DNA of 62,487 bases from a virus. This document shows, one piece after another, positions 8,753-18,403 of the stretch (the first letter of the stretch is position 1; each line of letters begins with the position of its first letter). A program made the position numbers and the translations under genes. The stretch is from IMG/VR virus record IMGVR_UViG_3300045988_093152, positions 1-62,487 of that record, one strand, 5' to 3'. The notes below the pieces were generated by a model that was not told the DNA's origin, did not search any database, and saw nothing but the letters and a program-made list of their open reading frames with translations.

Positions 8753-8785
8753 AAATAAAAGAGTCCCAGATTTCTCCAGGGCTCT
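8753..8785 (-). terminator. rho-independent terminator, conserved hairpin family
   Basis: AGAGCCCTGG-AGAAAT-CTGGGACTCT plus TTTTATTT. Confidence 0.65.
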
Positions 8786-8792
8786 CATGTGC

Positions 8793-9188
8793 TTATTCTT
8801 CAGGTGTACAATAATCAACGTCAAGATGCACTTTGCCTTCGCTATCCGTGTAGGTGACGAACTTTCTCGGTTGATGGAACATCTTCTCGTACTTCTCGGC
8901 GAACTCCGGCAAAAGCTCACCGAAATCATCCTCCGTGAGGCCTACAATCAGGAATGTTCCAACGATAATATCAATGGGGATACCATAAGGGCCGTCGAGC
9001 GTCCGGTTGAGTTTCTCCATGCAATCATCATGCAGCTTTCCTTCTTCGTTGCAAATCAATGCCACCTCATCGTCCCACGGGTAAACAGCCTGAATCGGGC
9101 CTTCCACCTCTTTCTGGAGCGATTCCAGAGAGCAGTCAATGTCGATCACTTCAGGGTAATGCTTTGGGCGAACCCTCAGAACTTTCAT
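8793..9188 (-). CDS. hypothetical protein (recalls DUF3846-type proteins)
   Basis: 131-aa ORF. MKVLRVRP...VYPWDDEVALICNEEGKL pattern. Assigned from memory only. Confidence 0.5.
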   Translation of the reverse strand: MKVLRVRPKHYPEVIDIDCSLESLQKEVEGPIQAVYPWDDEVALICNEEGKLHDDCMEKLNRTLDGPYGIPIDIIVGTFLIVGLTEDDFGELLPEFAEKYEKMFHQPRKFVTYTDSEGKVHLDVDYCTPEE

Positions 9189-9320
9189 ACTGTCAACCTC
9201 CCAAATTGCACATCAAAAATATAAATCGAGCTGTTTCCTTAGAGCCGCCATTTGCGACGTGGGCACTCACCGACTGGGCATTCGACCAGGGACTGACCCC
9301 GGCACTCGAAATATCATTGA

Positions 9321-9701
9321 TTAGTAACCAAAGCAGCTATACTTACGAGCCTCTTTCGCCCGTGCTTCGACGACATCCCGAGCCACATAGTTCAGGTTGA
9401 TGGTGTAACTGGGAATGCCGTAAGTCTTTGCGGCCTGGTTCTCGATTGCACAACCACGGTACGCTTTCTCTTCATCGTAGATCCCGATAAAGTAATCGGC
9501 CTCCGACAGCATCTTAATGCTTTCGCCGAGACACCAAAGTGCCTGGTTCATGCCACTCGGAGGATCAGGAATATAGGTTTGGATCACCTCCAGCTCCTCG
9601 CCAAACACAGCCTCAGCAATATGGTGCATCTGCTCCATGGTTGCTCGGATCTGTGCTTCAGTGCGGCCTTTCATCGGTGCGCTGATAAACAGTTTCTTCA
9701 T
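9321..9701 (-). CDS. nucleoside 2-deoxyribosyltransferase-like (DUF4406-like) protein, tentative
   Basis: ATG at 9701 after GAGGTG. MKKLFISAPMKGRT...LSEADYFIGIY...RGCAIENQAAKTYGIP pattern. Confidence 0.4.
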   Translation of the reverse strand: MKKLFISAPMKGRTEAQIRATMEQMHHIAEAVFGEELEVIQTYIPDPPSGMNQALWCLGESIKMLSEADYFIGIYDEEKAYRGCAIENQAAKTYGIPSYTINLNYVARDVVEARAKEARKYSCFGY

Positions 9702-9711
9702 ATGCTTCACC

Positions 9712-10251
9712 TCAGAACGGAATTTCGGTGTGGTCGCTCGGCTCTGCCATGTCTGCTTCAGGAGCTGCAAACCGGGCATAGCGCTCTGCATACGGATCAG
9801 CATCCGCATCCTGCTCAACGTACATCACATCCGCATACAGGCTGTACTCGCCGGGTGCGTTCCTCTTCTCGACAAGGTTTGCCTGGAGACAGACGTTCTT
9901 GACCCGGATAAAGTCCAGCTGGCTGATCGTGTCCGTGTTGCAGAGCAGGCGCTTGCCGGAAGTGGTGACCCAGTAGATATGCGGGGGCCACTTGGAATCC
10001 ATGTTGATCGTCACCGGCACGAAGTAGGTCGGAACGAACGGCTCGTCGTAGGTACGCTCAGGATTCGGATTGGTCTGACGAACCTTCACGCCGAGATCCA
10101 TGAGGTGATTCACCAGCTCCATGGTCTTGATCACCACGTTGACGCGGCGCTTGTCCGAGCCAAAGCGGTCACGGCTGGGATCACCGCTGAAGTTGGTGGT
10201 AAAGATGAAACGGGTATCGTCGATATTGACTTTCTGGCGCTTGGTGTACAT
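9712..10251 (-). CDS. putative single-stranded DNA-binding protein
   Basis: Sits next to the polymerase. Acidic C-terminal tail ending DHTEIPF, as in SSB/gp2.5-type proteins. Confidence 0.5.
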   Translation of the reverse strand: MYTKRQKVNIDDTRFIFTTNFSGDPSRDRFGSDKRRVNVVIKTMELVNHLMDLGVKVRQTNPNPERTYDEPFVPTYFVPVTINMDSKWPPHIYWVTTSGKRLLCNTDTISQLDFIRVKNVCLQANLVEKRNAPGEYSLYADVMYVEQDADADPYAERYARFAAPEADMAEPSDHTEIPF

Positions 10252-10268
10252 AAATATCAGTCTCCTTT

Positions 10269-10892
10269 TTACTTGTTGATTTCGAGTTCCAGCATGGAAA
10301 GCGCGGCAGACACTCGGCCCATCTCAGACAGAAAATTCGCAGGATTGCCTTTTGCTGCCGCCTCCAAAGCTGTTTCGTAGCTCTTCTTCGCCTGAGTGAT
10401 GTACTTCTTGAGCGCATCATTCTCGACAGAAGAGTTTTCCGTATAGGGCTTACCAGGATACTTCTTCCCGCTCTTCTCAACCCAATTCTGGATCTCCTTG
10501 TAATAGCTGCCCTTGTTGCCGCCGCAACGCTTTGCGATTGCCATGGCCAGCCCCTTCTCCGGGTCGAAAACATCCTTCTCGCTGCACTTCACAACGGTCT
10601 TGGAGCCATCCGACCAGTAAACGATCGTGGCCGGAGGAGCAAAAATCACATTCTTAATAACCACTGCATTCATTGCCGTCGCCGCTTTTGCATGTGCGGT
10701 GTTCAACGTACCCGGGTAATAGGGTTTGTTAATGAAGCAATTATGTCCCTTATCCCAATAAATGTCATAAGACTTAAACTGGAACGTATGGCCTGTGTCC
10801 AGTGTAATCATCGTCTCCCCATCCACCGTTCTAACAACATCGGTAATGTTACCAATCACACGTTTGTTACTGTCACAAAGTTTGTTTGCCAT
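10269..10892 (-). CDS. hypothetical protein
   Basis: 207-aa ORF, GAGGTGATATTTTATG start context. Confidence 0.55.
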   Translation of the reverse strand: MANKLCDSNKRVIGNITDVVRTVDGETMITLDTGHTFQFKSYDIYWDKGHNCFINKPYYPGTLNTAHAKAATAMNAVVIKNVIFAPPATIVYWSDGSKTVVKCSEKDVFDPEKGLAMAIAKRCGGNKGSYYKEIQNWVEKSGKKYPGKPYTENSSVENDALKKYITQAKKSYETALEAAAKGNPANFLSEMGRVSAALSMLELEINK

Positions 10893-10898
10893 AAAATA

Positions 10899-13800
10899 TC
10901 ACCTCACGTCAAAATTTCTTGCTGCTTCTTCCTGCGCATCGCTCCATGGAAGGTCAGGCGCAGTCCATGGAGCAACGCCGTCGTCGCCAACGAACCAGTT
11001 GAAGTCGCCGTACTTGGAGATCTCCTCAACTGCCTCATCGACTTCCCGGTTGAAATATCTTTTGTCGATATCCTCCTGCATCTGGAGCTGATAGACCGCC
11101 TCGCTTTCCAGCCAACGATAATCCTTTGCTCCGGTCACAGAAGCATATTTCCGTTCACCAGTATCCGTCAAGCCCGCTTCCCGCAGCAGCATAGCGCCGC
11201 CCTTTCCCGGCATGATCGGGCAGAACTGTCCCACGCGTCCCACAAAAATATAATTGTGTTCGCCTTCAGGCAGGTCCTCGTTCTTGTCGAGATAGATAGC
11301 GCCCTTGGAAACGGTCTTTGTCTCACAGAGGTCAGTGAACTCGATCTTCTCCTTGGAGAACAGGGTCTTGAACACATACGGCACCTGGAACTGTGTGCCC
11401 GTAGCCGTCCATTCGCCGCCTTCGTCCTTGCAGTCGCCCGGGATATAACCGTAAAGCGCCTCGCACTGGTCGGCAGCCATGTATTTCGCAATATAAACGG
11501 CATTGTTCACCAGACACATCCGCTCGTAGGTTGCCTCATGCTCGAACGTGTAGCCGTACTTCTTCGCAAAATCCATGCAGTACGCAATGATTTCCGGGGT
11601 CGCATCGGGGATCTTGATCGAATCCGTTTTGATATGCGCGACCTTAAAGCCGCGCTGCTGCACTTCGTCCTGCAAAGTGCGCATAAATAAAGCCCCTCGA
11701 AGCGCCACAATGTTGTTGACGTTCTTGGGGTTGCGGAACGGGTTGTCGAAGCTTGCACTGGTCAACCCGTAAACCGAATTGATGGCGATCTTCAACGCCT
11801 GCGCCAGAGCCTTTGCCTGCTGCGGATCATCGAGGTACTTTGCCAGTTTGCCGCCAAAGAGCCCCTTTGCCTTCTCGTACTCGCCGTGCTTGACGTAGAT
11901 TCGTACATCCATCAGGTCGTTGAAATGCTTGGTGTACTCGCCAAAGTAGTTCATGGCAACAGCCGAATGCGGATGCAGCGACGCAACGTCCAGCAGGGCT
12001 ACGTTCGTGTACATTCCTGGCTCAGCGTAGACATAACCACCCATGCCCAGGTCCGTGCCCCGGAACATGTTGTGGTACTTGCCGTCCTCACCTTTGGCCC
12101 ACTCGTAACCGGGAAAGGCATTGATGATGTTGCAGTCCGTCAAAATATCAGGCTCGACTTCCACGATCGCATCGGATTTTCCCGTAGCAAGGTCTGTGTA
12201 GACCAGCCTGGGGTGCTTTTCCTTGCCGAAAATAATGCGTGTTGTCAGCGAGTTTGTCGTATCGTTCACCGTCATGCCGGCAAGGTCTGCCAGAATCTCT
12301 CGTGCCACAAAGTCTGCCTGACGCTTTTTCGAGTAGAACAGGGTCTCGGTCGCGATCACATCGTTGTCGCAATACTCGGCCACCTTGTCCCACAGGCTCT
12401 TCGGCACCGGCTGATCCCATGGAAGTCCCAGCTCCTGATGGTGGATGCCCAAATCGATTTCAAATTTCTTCAGGCTCTGCTTTTTCGACGAGAAGTCGTA
12501 AATATCAGTGTAGGACAGATTGTACGCCTCGCCAAAGAAGCCCGTGTGCTCGTTGATGATCCGGTTGGACAGCGCATAGATCTGCTCCACCGACATCCCG
12601 ATCATGCGGGCCCAGAGGATATGGTTGTCGTACTTGCGGTTGTTGAAGCCGACCAGCCGATACTTTGTCAGGCTCTCGATCTCCTCCGGCGTAGGATTCA
12701 CCATGCGGTGTACAGGCTCCTGCTTGGCAAACTTCCAGTTCACGAGCAGCAGATTCGGGAACACCTCCACGTCGAAAAATATCAATGGCGTTTCTTCCCC
12801 CACAGGGGCCTCCCGCTGAATATCATCCTTCGATTTGAAGTGCATCTTCGCCACGATCTTCAGGCAGGTGTCCGCCTGGTTCGTGCTGCTGGCGGCAAAG
12901 CCCAGGATCGCATTCCGCATGTCGTCCACGTTGTAAACGACATTGCCCTCGTAGGCTTCGTCCATAATGTGCGCAATAAAGTCAATGCTGGGCTTCGTAT
13001 AGGGGCTGATTTCCTTGGCAAGGGCTTTCTTGATGAGGATACGCAGGTGCCGCTCATCCTGGATCTGCTTTGTATCAACCATTTTCGTTTCTCCCTTCAG
13101 TGGCAGGCCGCTGCTGATGGTCGCAACCGGAATATCATTGCATTTCGACAGTTTTCTCCGCAGAGAGGACTTGCCCGTGAACACCTTGACCTCGATGTTC
13201 TCGTCGTAGATCCTGCTCAGCTTCGTTGCATCGCCGGTGTAAATATAATGCAGGTGGATTCCCGCACCAGATTTGCTCAGCTCCGCATAGGTCTGGGGCC
13301 ATTTGGAGGCAGCTTCCAGGTTGCGCTCGAAGCTCTTTTTTCCATCCGGCCCGGGAATATCAAAGTCGATGACAATGTGATTCTCCGGAACTTTCACGTA
13401 GTGCAGTCTCGAAGCATCCAGTTCGGCCAATTTTGACTTGACATTCTCCCATTTTTGCATCGGAATGCCATCGTCTGTTGCATACTGTGCAGGGCAGTCC
13501 TTGCAAATATCATTGAAGAGAGAATGCTGCTCCTTGAACTCGATCCATGACGTTTCCGGCTCGGCAGTGGGTTCTTCTGCCTTCACAGGTTCGTCAAGGA
13601 ACTCTTTGAATTTCTCCGCTTTGAAGCCGCTGTAGTAGCTCCGCACCCGCTCGCCATTCACGGTCTCCGCGCGTTCCTTGTACTCCTCGAAGTAGTTCAT
13701 CAATTCTTCCCGGAATGCACGGCGTGAGTATGGGTACGCCACCTTTGCCTCGTCATTGTAGGTGTTGTACATCGCCCAGGCCCGCTTCAGGGATACACCG

Positions 13801-14903
13801 TCCTCCTTCTTGAAAATATAAAAGGAATCCAGCATAAAGTTGTAAAAGTCGTTCGATGCACCCAGCATACGGGTCGGAATATAATCATCGTAGAGATGCT
13901 TGTTCTGCTCGTATACCTCCTTGCAGTGCCATGCGATGCCTCCCAGCTCAAAGTCCACCTTTGCTACAAGGTCACGGTACTTTTTTGCAGGGATCTTTTC
14001 GCCGGTAGGTTCCACATCGATCAGTCGTCGGATCAGGCCCGATTTTGCATCCGTGATCTTAACGGGCTTGTTGGTGCCCAGAAACATGAAGCACTTGAAC
14101 TGGCTGGAATACTGGCTGCGGAACTTCTCGTTCACCAGCATGGTCTCGTGGGATACCAGCGAGTTCAGCCGGGTGTTGTCCTCGATGCGGGAAAGGTCAC
14201 CGTCGTGCTGGATCGCGATCAGCGGGTTCGATTTGAACGCCTCCAGCGCAAACGCATTGGACGATGACCCCAGCACCTTGGAGTCGAACACCGACCAGTA
14301 CCCGTCGAAAAGCTTCTGGACGATGTTCAACACAGTCGATTTACCGCTGCCGGGTGGGCCATAGAGCACGAGGAACTTCTGGATCTTGCGGGAATCGCCG
14401 TTCACGATCGCACCAACCGCCCATTCGATCTTCTTCCGCTCCTCGGGAGAATATAAGGTAGTCATCAGCTCGTCGTAGGCGCTGATGTTCCCCTCCTCCA
14501 GAAGATATGGCAGCCGCTTCGACGCATAGCTTTCCTTCTTGACCGGGGTGTTCGCAAATATCAATGTATCGTCAAGGGTGTGGTAGTTGTCCCGCATCTG
14601 ACGCTGACAGTATTTGTGCCAGTTGTCGATCATCCCGCTTTCCGCGTCCCACATGTGCAGAACACGGTAGCTGTCATTGAAGACCTGCTTGTGTTCCTCC
14701 GCGTAAATATCCAGCGCGCGGTCAATCATCTGGAGCGCATCCTGTTCGTCCGTGCTCCAAAGCCCCCGCTCTTCCATCCAGACCGCGTAAAAATCAGAAC
14801 CCCGGATCATCAGGTCTTTCGACTTTTTGATGATGAATTTGGGATAAATTTCGATTGTCCCGCGTTTTCCCGTCCGCGTTGCAATCATCAGGAAATCAAT
14901 CAT
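10899..14903 (-). CDS. SF3 (D5/P4-like) helicase - AEP primase - family B DNA polymerase fusion protein
   Basis: Walker A GPPGSGKST and GTNKP...RRLID. AEP motifs VIDFDI and SGAGIHLHY. PolB ExoI FFDVEV, ExoII FNNRKYD, ExoIII YCDNDV, motif A DVASLHPHS, motif B KIAINSVYG, motif C IKTDS. Confidence 0.9.
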   Translation of the reverse strand: MIDFLMIATRTGKRGTIEIYPKFIIKKSKDLMIRGSDFYAVWMEERGLWSTDEQDALQMIDRALDIYAEEHKQVFNDSYRVLHMWDAESGMIDNWHKYCQRQMRDNYHTLDDTLIFANTPVKKESYASKRLPYLLEEGNISAYDELMTTLYSPEERKKIEWAVGAIVNGDSRKIQKFLVLYGPPGSGKSTVLNIVQKLFDGYWSVFDSKVLGSSSNAFALEAFKSNPLIAIQHDGDLSRIEDNTRLNSLVSHETMLVNEKFRSQYSSQFKCFMFLGTNKPVKITDAKSGLIRRLIDVEPTGEKIPAKKYRDLVAKVDFELGGIAWHCKEVYEQNKHLYDDYIPTRMLGASNDFYNFMLDSFYIFKKEDGVSLKRAWAMYNTYNDEAKVAYPYSRRAFREELMNYFEEYKERAETVNGERVRSYYSGFKAEKFKEFLDEPVKAEEPTAEPETSWIEFKEQHSLFNDICKDCPAQYATDDGIPMQKWENVKSKLAELDASRLHYVKVPENHIVIDFDIPGPDGKKSFERNLEAASKWPQTYAELSKSGAGIHLHYIYTGDATKLSRIYDENIEVKVFTGKSSLRRKLSKCNDIPVATISSGLPLKGETKMVDTKQIQDERHLRILIKKALAKEISPYTKPSIDFIAHIMDEAYEGNVVYNVDDMRNAILGFAASSTNQADTCLKIVAKMHFKSKDDIQREAPVGEETPLIFFDVEVFPNLLLVNWKFAKQEPVHRMVNPTPEEIESLTKYRLVGFNNRKYDNHILWARMIGMSVEQIYALSNRIINEHTGFFGEAYNLSYTDIYDFSSKKQSLKKFEIDLGIHHQELGLPWDQPVPKSLWDKVAEYCDNDVIATETLFYSKKRQADFVAREILADLAGMTVNDTTNSLTTRIIFGKEKHPRLVYTDLATGKSDAIVEVEPDILTDCNIINAFPGYEWAKGEDGKYHNMFRGTDLGMGGYVYAEPGMYTNVALLDVASLHPHSAVAMNYFGEYTKHFNDLMDVRIYVKHGEYEKAKGLFGGKLAKYLDDPQQAKALAQALKIAINSVYGLTSASFDNPFRNPKNVNNIVALRGALFMRTLQDEVQQRGFKVAHIKTDSIKIPDATPEIIAYCMDFAKKYGYTFEHEATYERMCLVNNAVYIAKYMAADQCEALYGYIPGDCKDEGGEWTATGTQFQVPYVFKTLFSKEKIEFTDLCETKTVSKGAIYLDKNEDLPEGEHNYIFVGRVGQFCPIMPGKGGAMLLREAGLTDTGERKYASVTGAKDYRWLESEAVYQLQMQEDIDKRYFNREVDEAVEEISKYGDFNWFVGDDGVAPWTAPDLPWSDAQEEAARNFDVR

Positions 14904-14935
14904 TTGTAACTGACTTCCTCCTTTCTCCGAGGTTT

Positions 14936-15190
14936 TTATACGTCTTTCTCTTTCTGGAGGGTCATCTGGGCCAGCGTTGCCTCTGCCTCACGGGCACGCT
15001 CATCGGCTTCCTTGCGCTGTTTTTCCGCCTCGTTCACCATCTTGCAGGAGACAAAGCCAAACCACAGCAGACCAGCGATGAGAATGTTCTTCCGGATGCA
15101 CTTGCCCTTCATGCGGCGGATGGTGTGATTGGCCACCTCCAGTGCAGCCTTGCTGTTGCTCAGGTCGATCAAAATATCAGTCAGTTCCAT
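14936..15190 (-). CDS. small membrane protein
   Basis: ATG at 15190 after CTGGAGG. Hydrophobic segment ILIAGLLWFGFVSC. Confidence 0.55.
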   Translation of the reverse strand: MELTDILIDLSNSKAALEVANHTIRRMKGKCIRKNILIAGLLWFGFVSCKMVNEAEKQRKEADERAREAEATLAQMTLQKEKDV

Positions 15191-15346
15191 TGTCAATTTT
15201 CCTCCAGTAATTCGGGTCAGCCAGGATCAGCCGACCAATGTTATTCTCGTCTCGACACGCCGTGATTCGCAGCATCACATGGGAATCGTCGAGTATCTTC
15301 TCAACGAATCCTTCCATAGGGATGCAGATTTTTGATTCATATGTCA

Positions 15347-15898
15347 TCAAAACTCATTCTCATTCAACCAGTTCATCAGCTGGTACCAAATATCAATGGT
15401 ACGCATGTCGATGGACGTACGGGTAATCGTAAAGAGACCGCCAGCACCGTTCGGCTGGTAGCCCCGATCCATAAACCGGGCCAGGATCGGTTCCGCGCGC
15501 TCTTCGCTGAAACGGGTGTCGTCCATGGCAGCCAGACCCAGGCTGACGACCATGCTCCAGAACCACTGCCCCACACGGTTGCCCATGCTGCGGTCTTCCA
15601 TGATGTGCTCCTCGATGCGGATCGCCAGCGCCACCATCATCTCCAGCATAGAGCAGGGTACGCCCTGAAATACCGCATCGATCTTCCCGTACGGAATATT
15701 ATTCTCCGATGCAAAGCGGTACCGCAGGTTGATGCCGTCCGTTGCCCGGCAGACATCCATTTCGCACGCCGGAATATAATCCCGGTTAAAAAGATACATC
15801 AGCAAGCGGTGAAAGCTGAGGTTCCGGGGTTCCCATTCGCCGCAGACGATCTTGTAGAGCCAGTCATAATACTGCTCCGTCTCCCTCATAAAGTTCAT
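15347..15898 (-). CDS. hypothetical protein
   Basis: 183-aa ORF, ATGA coupling to the upstream gene. Confidence 0.6.
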   Translation of the reverse strand: MNFMRETEQYYDWLYKIVCGEWEPRNLSFHRLLMYLFNRDYIPACEMDVCRATDGINLRYRFASENNIPYGKIDAVFQGVPCSMLEMMVALAIRIEEHIMEDRSMGNRVGQWFWSMVVSLGLAAMDDTRFSEERAEPILARFMDRGYQPNGAGGLFTITRTSIDMRTIDIWYQLMNWLNENEF

Positions 15899-16431
15899 TC
15901 ATCCTCCTCATCGTCGTGGTTGCCGGGCCAATTCTCCCGAACCCGGAGAATCTCGTAATCCTTGTGATAGTTGTGGTTGCGGACATGAACAGCGCTCGGT
16001 GCAAACTCGCCAATGCGGTCCAGCGCCTCGTTGCCGATGATCTTCGGAATATCATCTTCGTCCACGGGCTGATTCTCCGCATCGAACACCAGCGTTCCAT
16101 CCGCGTAGTAAGTCAAGAAGGAAGTCTCGTAGTCGTCCAGCTCACCAAACTGATCCGGCTCAATGACTTCGATGGCCTCATGTGCCACCACATCTTCCGG
16201 GTCAGATTCGGTACGGTACTTCCCGGCCAGCTGTTCAAAGCTCTTCTGGGTCGCCCTTTCTTCGATGGTCTTATCCATATCGGCTTCCTTCTGCCGCAGA
16301 TTCTCACGCTCGGCCTCATACCGTTTGCCGTAATAGGTCTCGTATTTCTTCTCGAAAACGGTGTGCATCACAAGGGCACCTGCCCCAAAGCCTGCTGCAA
16401 AGAGCAGAATATCACGCACGGTCTTGTTCAT
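15895..16431 (-). CDS. membrane-anchored acidic protein
   Basis: N-terminal TM segment ILLFAAGFGAGALVMHTVF, acidic C-terminus. Confidence 0.6.
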   Translation of the reverse strand: MNKTVRDILLFAAGFGAGALVMHTVFEKKYETYYGKRYEAERENLRQKEADMDKTIEERATQKSFEQLAGKYRTESDPEDVVAHEAIEVIEPDQFGELDDYETSFLTYYADGTLVFDAENQPVDEDDIPKIIGNEALDRIGEFAPSAVHVRNHNYHKDYEILRVRENWPGNHDDEEDE

Positions 16432-16582
16432 TGTCGATGTCTCCTTTGATTGTCATCATGGTAAACGCCAGCCCGCCAAAGAAAAGGGAGACACTCATCA
16501 GAATGCCTCCCACCATGTGGCGCTTGCGTTTGGTATCGGTCAGATAGTCCAGAAACAGGAAAGTGCTTTCCAAAGTTTCCAT
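16412..16582 (-). CDS. small membrane protein (56 aa, below the track cutoff)
   Basis: Hand translation METLESTFLFLDYLTDTKRKRHMVGGILMSVSLFFGGLAFTMM... Confidence 0.4.
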   Translation of the reverse strand: METLESTFLFLDYLTDTKRKRHMVGGILMSVSLFFGGLAFTMMTIKGDIDNEQDRA

Positions 16583-16591
16583 CGTTCCACC

Positions 16592-16681
16592 TCACTCAGA
16601 AAGAACCGCCAGACCAGAGACGAAGCAGACTCCGGCCATGGCAGCAAACAGGTAAGACAGTCTCTTAACGAATCTGGTCAT
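16592..16681 (-). CDS. small membrane peptide (29 aa)
   Basis: GGAGGAATACGCT-ATG; MTRFVKRLSYLFAAMAGVCFVSGLAVLSE. Confidence 0.35.
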   Translation of the reverse strand: MTRFVKRLSYLFAAMAGVCFVSGLAVLSE

Positions 16682-16706
16682 AGCGTATTCCTCCAAAATA
16701 TCAGTC

Positions 16707-17693
16707 TCAGATCTTATCGATGATGGGCCCGTCGCAGTTGAACCGCAGCATCACCGAGCGCTCCCCGCCGTTGATAAAGCTGTTCAGCGCATCGTCGCCC
16801 TTGACGTAGTTGGTCACACCGAAATCCACGTGGTTCTGTCGGGTCGTGTCGTTCGGGTCATAGATCCAGCCCACGATCTGGCCTTCCGGGGTCTTCAGGG
16901 TCACACCACCGTGGGTGCCCAGAGATGCCAGAACGTCATTCAGGAACAGGTGACCCTGGGTGCGCAGACGCTTGTTTGCCGCCTGCTCCATCAGGAACAG
17001 GTAGTTGCGGTTCAGCATATTGTCGGGCTGCCAGGTGTCCACAGTCTCGTCAAAGATGCAGGTATAGGGGCTGGTGTGCTGCATGGCGATGTCCTTGTAT
17101 TCCTTGATGGTCTCCTCCATGCCCTGCTCGTTGGTGCTCTTGCTCTCGAGCTCCACAGCCTTGATGTTGTGCTCCAGCTCCTCCTGAACACGGCTTCCAA
17201 AGCGGTCGGATACACGGCTCTTGTATTCCTCAAAGGCCTTGTCCAGAGCAATATAAGCCGCAGTCAGGCTCGCATTGCGCTTGGACATGATGTGGTGGGA
17301 ACCGAACATGCAGCCCAGAGATACCGCACCCAGGGTAACCGCAGGCGCATACACCTTTGCCAGCTTCAGGCCGGTCTGGACGTAGGTGGTCGTAATATCG
17401 CTCTTGTAATCCTTCTCGGTGTAGGTCTCGCCCTCGCTCAGCTGGATCTCACCGCTCTCGATCTGCTGCTTGGTCGTGTGGATGCTCTCCACCTGAGCAT
17501 TGTGCTCGGTCAGAATATCCTGTGCCTTGATGGTCGCCTTGCAGGCCAGCACGGTAGCAGTCACACCACCAATGGCAGCGCCAACGATCATAATGGTGGG
17601 GCTTGCCTTCTTCAGCTTGTAGCCGCACTTGGATGCAGTACGGGTCATCTTTTCCATGATTTCGGTTTTGTCGATCTTTTTCAGGAACTTCAT
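16707..17693 (-). CDS. two-TM protein, paralog A of a three-member family
   Basis: Shares its architecture with 18825..19610 and 20155..20964: N-terminal TM, KAxxIL, second TM, N..L.AAY, C-terminal GW motif. Confidence 0.7.
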   Translation of the reverse strand: MKFLKKIDKTEIMEKMTRTASKCGYKLKKASPTIMIVGAAIGGVTATVLACKATIKAQDILTEHNAQVESIHTTKQQIESGEIQLSEGETYTEKDYKSDITTTYVQTGLKLAKVYAPAVTLGAVSLGCMFGSHHIMSKRNASLTAAYIALDKAFEEYKSRVSDRFGSRVQEELEHNIKAVELESKSTNEQGMEETIKEYKDIAMQHTSPYTCIFDETVDTWQPDNMLNRNYLFLMEQAANKRLRTQGHLFLNDVLASLGTHGGVTLKTPEGQIVGWIYDPNDTTRQNHVDFGVTNYVKGDDALNSFINGGERSVMLRFNCDGPIIDKI

Positions 17694-17716
17694 AAATATC
17701 AATCCTTTCTTATTGT

Positions 17717-18334
17717 TCAGCGCAGTGGTACAGGGCGAGGCAGCATCAGGCGATATCCGCCCGGGATGCCCTTGATGAACGCCCCGTCAAGGTTGTACCA
17801 GCCGTAATTGTAATCGGTGCTCTCGTTGGAAACGCCCATCAGATCCCACAGGTCGCCCACAGAGACCTGACCATACTGGCGAATCGCATCGTACATCTGG
17901 GAAAGCGTGTCGTCTGCATCCCCGCGGAACTCAAAGTCCAGGTTCTGCAAGCTGCGTCCTGCGGCCCGGTTCGGATTCCCCTGCCGGTTGCCAGAGCCAC
18001 CCTGATAGTAGGTGTCGTAGCTGTTCCGCTGGGTGCGGGAGCCGGAGTAGTTGCTCGAAGAGCCGCGGGAACGGTCCTCACCGAACAGTGCAATGCTGAC
18101 GGCTGAGTTGAAAATGCTCCACAGACCGTTCTTCAGCATGGGCAGCAGATAGTCCACCACAATGCGGTTCTTCACGGTCTTGAGGTCCTCGGCCAGGAAC
18201 TCGTTGGCGATCTTCTGGATATTGTTCTGCTCCTTGAGGGTCACTTTTCCCTTGACGACCTTCTGGAACTTCTTCTGGGGCTCTGCGGCAGGCTGCTGTC
18301 CGATGCTGCTCTTCGGCATGTTTACTTGTGCCAT
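17717..18334 (-). CDS. hypothetical protein with a G/S/N/R-rich centre
   Basis: 205-aa ORF, AAAGGA SD. Confidence 0.6.
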   Translation of the reverse strand: MAQVNMPKSSIGQQPAAEPQKKFQKVVKGKVTLKEQNNIQKIANEFLAEDLKTVKNRIVVDYLLPMLKNGLWSIFNSAVSIALFGEDRSRGSSSNYSGSRTQRNSYDTYYQGGSGNRQGNPNRAAGRSLQNLDFEFRGDADDTLSQMYDAIRQYGQVSVGDLWDLMGVSNESTDYNYGWYNLDGAFIKGIPGGYRLMLPRPVPLR

Positions 18335-18349
18335 GTTGTTATCCTTTCA

Positions 18350-18389
18350 AAAACAAAAAAGTAAGAGCCGCAGATTTCTCCACGGCTCT
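18350..18389 (-). terminator. rho-independent terminator, conserved hairpin family
   Basis: AGAGCCGTGG-AGAAAT-CTGCGGCTCT plus a T-run. Confidence 0.7.
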
Positions 18390-18403
18390 CGCCTTACCTA
18401 ACA

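Noticed and set aside
11886-13436. Long plus-strand ORFs (for example 11886..13436 at 516 aa, 47913..49460 at 515 aa, 34509..35879 at 456 aa, 59539..60855 at 438 aa, 27624..28877 at 417 aa, 49417..50664 at 415 aa, 36224..37405, 10692..11690)
   Set aside because: They lie antisense to minus-strand genes with clear domain signatures. They have no SD sites and have the L/V/H/R/G-rich low-complexity composition of shadow frames in a GC-balanced genome.
15300-15346. Degenerate P-motif-like sequence (ATCAAAAATCTGCATCCCTATGGAAGG) and a 47-aa ORF starting at its ATG (15174..15317)
   Set aside because: Spacing is 2 nt shorter and CGCG is absent. The ORF has no SD. It is possibly real (a leaderless or coupled small gene) but the support is too weak to list as a feature.
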